Assembly (NCBI GenBank): GCA_026770705.1
Contig: JANJGN010000010.1
Span: forward strand, 168,206,001-168,270,000
Origin: Isurus oxyrinchus
Taxonomy: Eukaryota
Reading direction: 5' to 3'
Length of the DNA stretch: 64,000 nt
This document shows positions 11,865-23,300 of the stretch, in pieces. The position numbers were made by a program, and so were the translations under genes. A model generated the notes under the pieces. The model saw only the letters and a program-made list of their open reading frames with translations. It had not been told where the DNA came from and did not search any database. Numbering within the stretch: the stretch's first letter is position 1; each line of letters begins with the position of its first letter.

Positions 11865-13440
11865 TGCAGCACAGAAGGAGGCATTGCTGCTTGTCATGTC
11901 TGTGTGGGCCCAAAAGAGCTATCCAACCTAATCCCACTTTCCACTTCTTAGGGTTACAGGTAACCCTGCAAACTACAGCACTTCAAATGCATTTCCAACT
12001 ATGTTTCAATATATTAAGGGCTTCTGCTTCTACTTCTACCAGCCCTCAACAATTCATGGGGTGAAAAGTTTCTCCTCAACCACCTCCCCCCACCCCCACA
12101 CTACTGCTTTTATCAATTAACTTAAATCTATGTATTGTATTAAATATGTATTAAATCTTGGTATTGACCTCTGTACAATAGGAAATAGGTTCTTCCTACC
12201 CAATCTATCTATACACGCGCCCCCCCCGCATAATTTTATACTCTTCAACTAAATCTCTTCTCGGCCACCTCTGTTCAAAAGAAAACAACCCCAGCTTATC
12301 CAAAAGCAAAATACTGCAGACACTAAATCTGAAATAAAATCAAGAAATGTTGGAAATTTTCAACAGGTCTGGCAGCATCTGTGAAGAAAGGAACAGAGCT
12401 GGTGTTTTAGTTCTATGACCTTGCATCAGAATCGGTGAAAGTTAGAAATGTAATAGGTTATCAGCAAATGAAAGGGAGAAGGAAGGGTGAGAAAAAAATA
12501 ACAAGAGGGAAGGTCTGTGATAGGATGGAAAAAGGAAAGATTAAGTGACAGAAGTGTCCATGAGGGAAGGCTGAAGGGAACAAGACAAGCAAAGAAACAA
12601 GAGGTGTCTGGAGGAAGTGTGAATGGCAGGGTCATGTATAGTTGAAATCAATGAGGGAGAAAAAGACAAACAAATAATGAAAAAAGAAACAAAATGGCTC
12701 CAGAGTTTATGACCCAAACTTGTTGAACTCATTGTTGAGTTCAGAAGGCTGTTGAAAGATGGGGTGCTGTACCTCAAGCTTGCATTGAGCTTCATTGGAA
12801 CATTGCAGGAGGAAGAGGATTGAGAGGTCAGTGTGTGAGTAAGGAGGAGAATTAAAATGACAGGCAACTGAAAGTTCAGGGTCACACTAACACTTCTGCC
12901 AGTTTATTCAATCTTTCCTCATAGCTAAACTTCTCCACACTTGGCAGCATCTTTGTGCATCTTCTCTGCACCCTCTCTGGTGTGATCGAATCCTCCCTGT
13001 AATGCAATGGCCTGAACTGTGTGCACTACCCTAATGGCTGTCTAATTGATGCTTTATACAGTGCTAGCATAATCTCCCTGCTCTTATACCCGATGCTTTG
13101 GCCAATAACAAAAGTATCTTTTTTGCTGTCTTAACCAGCTTATCTATCTGTTCTGGTACCTGGAATCAGTGGGTATGCAGTCTAAGGTCTCTCTGTTCCT
13201 CTACATGCCTCAGTATCCTACCATTTATTGCATATTCCTTTGCCTTTTTTTCCCATCTCCAAATGTATTACCCCACAGTTCTCTACCCATCTGACCAGTC
13301 CATTGATATTTTCCTGACGTCTACAACTTTCTCCCTCACCAGCAACCACGCAGCCAATTTTTATGCCATCTGCAAACTTCTTAATCATATTCCTACATTT
13401 AAGTCTAAATCATTGATATATACCACAAACAGCAAAGAAT
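11865..13440 (-). mobile_element. Old CR1-clade LINE fragment interrupted by the PLE at 12303-12890
   Basis: Plus strand reads as the reverse complement of a CR1 3' region (tail at 11865-11930, then RT-region sequence such as TTTTATGCCATCTGCAAAC, the reverse complement of a FAD codon block). Confidence 0.65.
12303..12890 (-). mobile_element. 5'-truncated Penelope-like element: GIY-YIG endonuclease C-terminus, 3' UTR and degenerate hammerhead
   Basis: Minus strand 12886-12707 translates CDPELSVACHFNSPPYSHTDLSILFLLQCSNEAQCKLEVQHPIFQQPSELNNEFNKFGS*, the VAxHFN..H..KLE..GLN end of PLE ORFs. The terminus 12303-12430 is homologous to the short PLE copies. Confidence 0.85.
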
Positions 13441-14215
13441 GTAGGTACTTAGCTTTGCAGAAACCCAATCATTACACCAGGCCTCTCGATTGCTAGTCCA
13501 GTAACATAACCACTATACCAGCAATCCACTGCCGTGGTCTCTAATTACATCAATGGTAGCCTCTTCTGTGAGTGTCAGTGTTTGCTATATAGCAGGACCT
13601 CTCTTGCTGAATGCTAGGTTCTCCTCCAAGAAGAGTGGAAGAGTTAATATGTATCTTGAGCAAAGACTTTCAACCCTCACCATGTATGAAACAGTTTACC
13701 ATAAAAGGAGCAAATATAGTCAAGAAGGAAAAGCAGTTATGAAAGCATTATCAAATATTGTGGGTGTAACTTCAAGCAGAAATGATATGCAGTGAGCTCT
13801 TCCAAGCTGACTTATAGATAGCTATGATAAGCAGGGAGGGAAGGATTGATGAGGCTGAAGTAAAGATAAGATGCTTGACAGGCTGTGTTGAAAGGATGAG
13901 ATAATTCTTACCTTGGCACTCCTGGTAAGAGCATTAAATTTCTTTTAGTGCCACTGCCAGATGTTGGTGAAAATCCTGATGGCATTCATGTGTTGTGCCT
14001 TTTGTCACCATGCCTAAAATTTCCAAATTTCTAAAATTTCCTCTGTTATCTATCCACCATCCACAGGTAAAAGGACTTTCTTTCTATTGTATAGTTGCTC
14101 CATCTTCACAGCTGTATCAAAACAACTTAATTCTCTGTTGGAACCACAAACATCATCCTGCAAATCCACCTTTTGGCTTCCCTATGTTGCACACAAAAAA
14201 ACTCTCCTTTAAGTT

Positions 14216-14464
14216 AAAAAATAAAAACAAAAAACTGCGGATGCTGGAAATCCAAAACAAAAACAGAATTACCTGGAAAAACTCAGCAGGTCTGGCAGCA
14301 TCGGCGGAGAAGAAAAGAGTTGACGTTTCGAGTCCTCATGACCCTTCAACAGAACTGTTCGACTAGTTCTGTCGAAGGGTCATGAGGACTCGAAACGTCA
14401 ACTCTTTTCCTCTCCGCCGATGCTGCCAGACTTGCTGAGTTTTTCCAGGTAATTCTGTTTTTGT
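14216..14464. mobile_element. Fold-back PLE insertion: tailed copy on minus strand plus inverted tail-less copy on plus strand
   Basis: 14-bp TSD CTCTCCTTTAAGTT (14202-14215, 14465-14478); arms of about 100 bp around spacer GTTCGACT. Confidence 0.9.
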
Positions 14465-16064
14465 CTCTCCTTTAAGTTGCTGCAGACCTTTAAGAAGTTG
14501 CGGCAACACCCACCCAATTTCTCATCTCTCTATCAACCAGCTGCTAATGAGCAGCACGCTTCATGCTGACAGATCATCTCCATCACGCAAATATGAGGTG
14601 ACCCAGAAATTGTGACAAGACTCCTGCTGCTTCCTCCAGGTCTCTGCTGCTGTTCTTTTTCTCACCTTTCACCCATTTCGTGCTGGGTGATTGAAGTCAA
14701 CCCTCATCTTTGCTGCTGCTGAGGAAGCATGATCAATATTAATTAATATTGACATTGCTGGTTGACAACATGGGACAGAAGTCATCCAATCATGATCCTT
14801 TACATTTAGCTGTGAGCTTTAGTGGATTGAAGGATGCACTTTGAGATTTGTTTGCTCTTTAAAACTGTGTATTAGACTAGCAAAACACAATAATATCACA
14901 TCAATGGGAATCAATGCACGGCTCCAGGCTTCTTCACATTGACTATTTGAAAGCAGGAAAGGTGAAGGACAGTCACTGATAAGCATTCAGATAGTTGTTT
15001 TAATATTTAAGATTATGTAATAAATTAGAATAAACTTCCCATTGAAGAGCCATTTACGCAGTCGCAAGTTTGTTTTGGGTTAATTAATAACAGCACAAAA
15101 TTCAGTCCCTAATCAGATCAATTTTGGTTAAGAATTAGTTTGCTGAGAGGAAACGAGTGGGATATAAACTAAACACAGATGCTGAACCTACTCAAACCAG
15201 GCTAGGATTTAGGATCCTCTTTCAAGATATAGTAGACTGGCCACAATGGATTAGGAAATCAATTGCTGACTTCCCTCCCCTCCACCCAACCCCAAATCCT
15301 AGTGAAATTACTTCTTTCCCATTTTATTCCCCTTTATGTTTCCCTTTTTCCCAAGAAGATCTAGCTCATCTTTAAAACGGTTTCATGAATGTCCATAACT
15401 CTCTGGTACCTCACCAAAGTGATCATCTTTCAGGAATAAGTGTCGTCTGCCCATTTACTTTGCGGGGAAGGCTGATCTTGTCTTCCTATAACTCACAAAT
15501 GTTAACTGACAGTATATAATGGAAACACTGGCTGAATTTTTTCCTCTTCATAATTTTTCGTTCAGCTGGTGATTATGTTAATGCTAAAGGGCTATGGACG
15601 TAAAAGAATAATGGTTAAAAAACTCCTACCTGCTCAAATCTCCTTCACTGTGTATGTGTGTGTGTGTCTGTCTGTCTTACAGATGATACAGGTCCGGAAG
15701 AACAACAATTTGTGATTTGCCCTGATTTTCTGCATTCATTCCAGCCAGTGTTTACTTCCTAATTCATCCCGAATTGGTTGTACACATATTGAATTTTGTT
15801 TAATAGGCATTCTTGTGGCATCACAATGATTTATTTAATGGGTGGTGCTGCATTTGCAAATACCAGTTCTGTCAGCTTCGAGTGCTGTTTTTTCACTATT
15901 TGTTTGCTGAATTCTTAGTGTTTTAAGTTCTAGAATTTGGATCTGGATGACCTATGGAATCTATGCTTTTGTAGATTCTGCTAACAGTGAGAGGTAAGGT
16001 TTAGTGATATTTTGATAGCTTTAGACCAATCTGTTAAACCTCAAACTATATATGTATTATATAT

Positions 16065-16968
16065 TGTCAGGAAGATACAATAATTTTCATAATGTTATTG
16101 GAATTTATTGTAAAGTAGAGTAATAGTAGGGTCTGTGTGTGTGACGTAATTGAATTAAAGGCAGATGATCTGAAGGCTTTGATGTAACAGAAGATAAGCT
16201 AGGTTTGAAGAGTTAAGTAGGTAAGTATAAGTGTAAAGGGAACATTTGCATTTTTAGATAAACCAACTAGCTTGAATTCAAAATGGTTGGGGGGGTGAGT
16301 GGTGGTGGTGAAATGTTTCACCCTTCACCTAGTCAGAAGTTAAGAAACCGTGTGTTTATTTTTCCCATATATTACTGGTAAAATTGGTACTATGAGAGAT
16401 TTTTATTATCAGAGAGATAAAGTCTAAAGACATGGTGAAACAATGGAAATTTGTATTCAAAGGGGAAAATATGGATAAAGGAGAGAAGGCTGTGAGCAAT
16501 GAAAGGCATTCTAAGATCTAACAAGTGTGAAAATCTTTAGCATCTAAGCTTCAAGCTGCTGTCTACTAAGAACTGAAGTTAAGAAGATTCACTTTGAATT
16601 CAACTGATTCAGAGTACCGTGTTTCTTTGCCTGGATCTTTTAAAACTTATGTGCCTTACTGTTGCCTTAAAAGAAGTGTAACTGGTTAACTAGGGGATTA
16701 GTTAACCAGGTTAGATTAACTAGGGGATTTAGAAGTTAGCATAGTAGTAATTTGTAGATCTATGTATGTACTTCAAATCATTTCTTCTATTAATAAATGG
16801 TTAATTTAGTTTTGTAAGAAATCTATAAGAAGCAGTGGTTTTATTACTGTTGAATTCAAAGCCCGCACCTTGAAATTTATGCAAATTGCAAAATAGTTGT
16901 GGCAGTTGTTTCAAGTTTCCCTTTGGGATTTGAGCAGCTCAGCATTTACCATCGGCTGTGCCATATCA
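16065..16968 (+). mobile_element. Solo LTR, family A
   Basis: TG...CA ends, 4-bp TSD ATAT (16061-16064, 16969-16972), AATAAA near 16792; homologous in reverse to 19150-19926. Confidence 0.75.
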
Positions 16969-17007
16969 ATATACGTATAGGGATATATATACGCGAGCAT
17001 ATGATAT

Positions 17008-18080
17008 TGTCATGATGGTAGAAAATTGTGACTGATAAGGTCTACCTATAATTTCACCACAAAAACATATTGAACAGTTTAAAGAGGGCCTTTTAGAAAA
17101 AAAACACGATAAGACACTGACAAAAGATGGCTACCACCGGTCATCTGGTATTGTATTTTTCTGGAAAGTTCCTGCGTGGATTGCACTGCAGACTGGCATG
17201 GCATGTTGCATGGAATTTCACATCTTGGGGGGGTGGGGTGTGGGAGGGAGTGTCAAGATGTCAAGGTCTATTTCAAAAAGGGACCCTTGAAAAGAAGGCA
17301 ACATAAAAGCAAAGTGTTGGACATTCACCAGTAATTCTGTAAAGACAATAGAAAATGCTAACCAACCAGATACACCCAACAAACACTCAAAATCCCTGGT
17401 GGAGGATGAAATAACCCCCTCTCCTATTAGTTTCTGCTGTCTTGAAATGTGTCAAAAATGCTTCTGAGATCAAAGATCAAAAATGTGATTACTTATTCGA
17501 CAACAATGACCGCAAGACATGGTAATCAAGTTCTTTCTTGGAATATACAGACAGGAGGTTTAAGAATGGTTTTTGCCAAGCCAGAAACAGAAAAATCAAA
17601 GTCATCTGGAAACATTGCCGACAGGAGCAGTAAGGAATCTCTCTCTCTCCCTCTGAAGCTAAAATTGAGTCCAGCAGGGTGCAGTTACCTGAACTTCAAT
17701 TTAACTTCAAGATTTTAAAGGAAACCAGTGAACTTCAAATGGCTGTAACGTTCAACAATCTATGCCTCAAGGACAAACAAAGGATTTAGTCATATATTCT
17801 TTTAACTTTTATTGGGACTCTATCTTTTCCTACTTCTGAGACCCTGTGTGTGTGTTGTCGCATTTTTTATTACTTTTTCTCAGGTTTCGTAACTAATAAA
17901 TTTATTCTTTCTTTGACTCAAGAAAACCTGGTTTGATTGGCTCCTTATTAAAAGGTAAATACATTTGGATTGGAAGAGGCATCTATGGGGAAAATAAATT
18001 TTTAAAAAACCTTTGTTGCAACCAACCGAGGGGGCTGAATATAGAGGAGCTGGCTCACTCCTCCTCACCTGGTTGTAATA
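17008..18080 (+). mobile_element. Solo LTR, family B
   Basis: TGTCATGA...TTGTAATA ends (CA decayed to TA), TSD ATAT (17004-17007, 18081-18084), AATAAA near 17895. Confidence 0.65.
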
Positions 18081-18634
18081 ATATATATATTTACATGTAT
18101 ATCTATATGAGTTTTCTTAAGTCACAGACTTCCAATACAGCAGGTACATCAAACTCATGCTTTAAAATAAATGTCAGAGAAAAAGTATTGAAATTGGTGA
18201 TACCAGCAGTCAAATTGTTAAAGTAATACAAAGTGAATCCTTCCCATTGAGTGATTTAGTGAAATTGCATTGCCTTTCGCATCGTCAAGACAGTTATTGT
18301 GCCATGCAGTAAAGTGAAATTCACAAGTCTGTGCAGATTAGAAAGATCAGTCTCCTAGCATTTAACAGAAATAATGATGGAATTGCTTTCAAGTTGCTGA
18401 TTCCAGAATGTTGTCTCTTTTCCCATTTATGTGGCCTAGTTTACTTTCATTTGAGAGACCTTGTACTAGTTGAGGACCTTGCAACTGTCTTCTCTTCACA
18501 ATTTATTCAACATCTTTATTTTAATATCCTAGTAATGAATTTTGTCCTCAGAACTTAACCCTTTAAGCCCTGGTATTATTCTGGAGAATGTGTGAATGTA
18601 CTCCCTGAAAAAAAACATTTATTCCCTTGAGTTA

Positions 18635-18995
18635 AAAGGGCGATCTAATAGAGAAGTTGACAGAGTAAATACAGAGACATGTTATTTATTTTGGTGAGAG
18701 AATCCAGAACAAAGGAGCATAATCTTAAAATTAGAGCCAGGTCATTTGGGGTGAAGTCAAGAAACACTTTCTCAAATGAAGATAATTGAAAGTGTGGAAC
18801 TTTCTCCAACAAGAGGCTATGGATGTTAGGTCAATTGAAATTTTCAACTTTGAGAGATAAACAATTTTTTATTAGGTAACGTTATCAAGCAATATTGATT
18901 AAAGGTGGGTAAAATACATTCATGAACAGATCAGTCATGATCTAATTGAATGGCAGAACAGGCTGTTGTGGTCAAATGGCCTACTCTTGTTTGCC
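18635..18995 (+). mobile_element. Old CR1 3' fragment
   Basis: Homology to the 3' end of the CR1 at 46640-47000 (GATCAGTCATGATCTAATTGAATGGCAGAACAGGC...AATGGCCTACTC). Confidence 0.75.
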
Positions 18996-19149
18996 TGTTT
19001 CATGGAAATTTTACTAACTGTTTTGTCTTGGATTCAGGGTTCAGATGGGGTTTCTTTGGGATTTGCCTGTTATCCTAAGAATGCAACCATACACTGTTAT
19101 TCGTAATAAACATTTTTATTTATTTACAGATCTATGTACATCTCAGTAT

Positions 19150-19926
19150 TGTCATGACACAGCAGTTGTTAAAAGCTGAGTTATTTAAAATTACAGAGGG
19201 AAACTTTAAACAACTGTCATAACCTATATTTTCAAGTGGTATGTTTGAAATGCAGTTCTAAATTCAGGAATAAGACCACCAGTTCCCGAGAGGTTTTTAT
19301 ATCAAACTACATGAGAAATGTATTAATTCACATTAGTTAAACAAATACACATATGTTATAAATGACTACTATCATAATTTTTTAACAAATTCCCAAACTA
19401 ATCCCCACTAAGGCAACAACAACCCATAGACTTTAAGCAGGCACCAGGCAACATATTTTCACCTCACAAATTCAAAATGAGGTATCTTTCACTTTGGGTT
19501 CCTTTGCAGACAGTTGTAGGCTGTCAGGCTTTGATGTTGCATGCCTCTGCTCTGCACACACAAAACTGTTTTCTGTTATACCCAGCACTTCTCCTTGAAT
19601 GTAAATTCTCATTGTATCATCAGGCCCTTTGAACTCCACCTCTTCTAACAATAAAACCTCTTTCATAGTATCAATTTTATTAGTAATATAAAGATTGCTT
19701 GATGTCTACTAGCTAGATGCAAGATTTCACTCCCACTCTAGAATGCTCTATTCAACAAAATGCAAATGTCCTCTACTTCTTTGTTTACATCTCAAAACTA
19801 CTATACATCAAAGCAGCCAGACTAGCTGGCTTTAATCCAATTAACACACGCAGACAAACCAACAGACTAAATCTCTATTTAAAAAAAAATTCCAATGACA
19901 TTATCTACATCAATACCTTCATGATA
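19150..19926 (-). mobile_element. Solo LTR, family A, inserted in the Gypsy 3' LTR
   Basis: TGTCATGA...TCATGATA ends; reverse complement shares TAATGT.ATTGGAATTT, TAATTG.ATTAAAG.CAG and ACATTTGCATTT with 16065-16968; it splits sequence that is contiguous at 30340-30480. Confidence 0.75.
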
Positions 19927-22557
19927 CTACTCTATACAACATTGTACTTCTGCTTCCCACCAGACCGCTCTCTTAATCATGTGACATTGCATCATAATTA
20001 CACCAGTATCAGGTGGTCCTGATGGTAAGCCTTTAAGTCTCCCCCCAAGTCTTTATCCTAACTACATACATTCTCCTGTATCTCCCCCAAAGTCTCAAAC
20101 TTCACAGGATTAGCTTCTGTTGTTCCTTGACACATTTCCCTGATCTGGCCCTCGTTTCATTTCACAGTTGAGGACAAATGACACTTTCTCATTGTTCGAT
20201 AGGAGTGTCTTCCACCTGGGTGGTTGTAGATTTCTTTCTGGTTCCTTGACTTCATCTGGATCTAAATAGTATGTCTAAGGTTCCATTGATTTCCTTACCA
20301 ATGAGATCAAGGTTCTTCAGTTCCTTCTGATAGTTGCCTGGTCCACCTCAACTCTATAAGATCTTGGTTCTGGAGGTCTTTCCATTACAATTCCTTCTTT
20401 CTGTTGCTGTTAATCTCCTATCCACACTCTACCCCTGGGCTATAGAACTTTCCAGTCTTGTGCTCTGTTGAAATTACGAGCTTCACTGTCTCTTTGTTGC
20501 TCCTCACGCTTTCTAACTTTCTCACGATCATCTAAGATTGTAGTGTTTGTTGTGGAGCTGGAAGTTGTGATTACAGCCATCTTATCATCAGTAGTGCTGA
20601 TGAGATTCTGTAGTTAAGAGGGCTAAGTTAATATCTTCATTCTTTTTCATCAATTCCTTGATAGTTCGAACTCCTCTTTCTGCTTCTTTGTTCGACTGAG
20701 GATGCCTAAGCGAACTAGTCACATTCATGAAAACATTTTCCTGCTCAAAGTTGTGGAACAGCTCATTAGCAAACTGAAGTCCATTGTCTGACTCCGCAAC
20801 ATCCGGGATGCTATGTATTGCAAAGATTCTTCTTAGTGATGCAATGACTGCCTCTGCTGTGGTGCTGTGCAGTCTACTCACTTCAAACATTTGGAGTAGT
20901 ATGCAATGGTGATGATGAAAACTTTGCCTTTAAAGTCAAATAAATCCATTCCCAGGTGCTGACAAGGCCTCAGATGAAAAATGGAGTGTGCCAGTGGTCC
21001 GTTCTCCTGTTGACAATTCACTGCACACATAAGGCAACTTGAGATTAACTCTTCAATGGAGTTACTGAAACCTGGCCACCAGATTGACTGCTGGGCTCCT
21101 GCTCAGTGGGCATTTCGCTATCCCCAAGTGACCTTGATGTTTTTTGGATAATGCTGAGTCGAAGTGTTTTAGGGATGACTAGTCTGTCATTAAAAACTAA
21201 GAAATCATCAATAATTGTGAGGTGTTTTCTCTGAAGTATTGGTGAAATACTGTGTTAGGAAGAGTAACCAAAGGTTTCTGGTTGATTTCAATTTTAAACC
21301 TTAATCCCATGACATAATCAGAGAACTTCTCACAAGCCCATATGGCTGCTAATGCTTCTTTCTCAATGGCTGCTTACCTTTTCTCTGTGTCTGGGAGAGA
21401 CCTTGAGGCATAATAAACTGGTCTTCTTTGTCCATCTTTTTGAACTTGAAACAGCACTATGCCCAAGCTGGTAGATGATGCATCTGCTGCTACAATTGTT
21501 GGCAATTCTGGATCACAGTGCACTAGAATTTCTGGTGAAATTAGGAGATTTTTGATCTTTTCAAAAGTATTTTGCTTCTCCACATTCCTGCACCACTGTT
21601 GACCTTGTCTCAACAGCTGTCTTTAACAGCTCATTGATTTCCACCAAGTTTAGTAGGAACTTAATTACTGATTGACCATGCCAAGGGATCTTTATAATTC
21701 TGTGATGTTTTTAGGCTCCCTCGTGATAACTCTAATGACCTTGGTTTTCTGCCAGTCAGCCATAATTCCTGAAGCTTGCACAACGTGCCCTAAGAACGTT
21801 ATCATAGACTTTGCAGATTCATATTTGTCGTTTGATGTCAAACCTGCTTCGTGTAGAACTTTGAGGACTGATCTCACTCAATGGTCGTGTTCTTCTCTAG
21901 ATGGGTCATGTATGAGAATGTTGTCCATATGGCATATTACACCTTCCATACCTTCCAGGGTTTCAATATCATTCTTTGGAATATCTCAGGTCTAGAAGCA
22001 ATTCCAAATGGTAACCTGCTAAACCAATAATGACTAAATGGGGTGATAAAAGTAGATAGCAATCTGGATTCTTCATGTAGAGACAAATGCCAAAAGCCTC
22101 AGTTAGCATCCAATTTTGTGAAGAGGGTTCTTTTTGTCAATTTGGCCCGACTTTCATGCCATCGGGTGGAGCGCATGCTCTACTGACTTGTTTAATTGAG
22201 TCAAATCCACACAGATTCTAATTGGACCATTAAACTTTGGTACTGTGACTATTCCAGAACACCACTTTGTCAGTGTGGTTACTGGAGAGATGACCCCTTG
22301 TTGTAATGTGTTCAATCTCACTCTTGACTTTGTCTGGTGTCTGGGGGAAGTGCTGGCTAGCCTCGGAGGCAACTACTGAGGGGGGTGTGGTTTCCAAGTG
22401 CTGCCCTGGTGCTGCATCCCACACACAGGCAATCGAGGTGGGGGACAGAGTAAGCGAGGGAAGTGGCCACGCATTAGGGACACCCTATATAAACTGACCA
22501 TTCCTCTGCAACTGAGACAGATTGGGTGCAGCCACAGTGATATGATTGGGGTCAGGA

Positions 22558-23300
22558 TCTGTGAGTGACTCAGAATGTAGGTGTCATGCACAGTCCTTGG
22601 AAAGCGTGCACACACCTGTAGGGTGGGTTTCTGGTAGTCGCATACCAGCTGCACGTTCAGTGAGGGGAAGCCTTTGCAGTTGATAAAGTCCACTCAGTGT
22701 AGCAACAGAAACCTGAGCGCCATATGAGTGCAGTCAATCGCACGCTGTGGGAATCCCGAGATCCGGGTGAATCCAATGGCTCTTGCCCAGGCTGTCCCGG
22801 TCCCGGGCAAAATGCACAAAGTTGTGTGACGTGGAGAAGATGGCATCTGTGAATTCATGGATGCATTTGTGGGTGGTGGATTGTGAAATTCCACAGAGGT
22901 TACCTGTGGAGCCCTGAAAGGAGCCACTGGCATAGAAATTGAGTGTCGAGGTCACTTTCACAGCCACTGGCAGTGGATGCCCTCCATGTCCTCTTGGCAC
23001 CAAGTCCTGCAGTAAGTGGCAGGTGTGAGTCACCAGGTCCCTAGACATGCACAATCGTCAGCGACACTGGTTCTCAGTCATCTGCAGGAATGTCAGGCAG
23101 CGTCTATAGACCCTGGATGTCGCTAGGTGCCAACCGGACACAGTTCACTGTCAGTTCTGGGCAGTGTGTGCAGGAGCTCCTGCTGCCTCTTCTTCATGAG
23201 GTTACTGCTCCTGCCTTTGCGTGGCCAGGAGCCTCAATCACTCTGCCTTCTCCACTCTCTGTAGGCCATCAGGCACACAGCTAGGTCACCAGGATCCATG
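22558..23300 (-). pseudogene. Harbinger (HARBI1-like, DDE_Tnp_4) transposase, frameshifted and C-terminally truncated
   Basis: GGHPLPVAVKVTSTLNFYASGSFQ..GISQSTTHKCI, GFPQ.AIDCTHMALR and FINCKGFPSLNVQLVCD..VCARFP..VHD spread over ORFs 22734-23054, 22694-22933 and 22373-22693. Confidence 0.9.
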
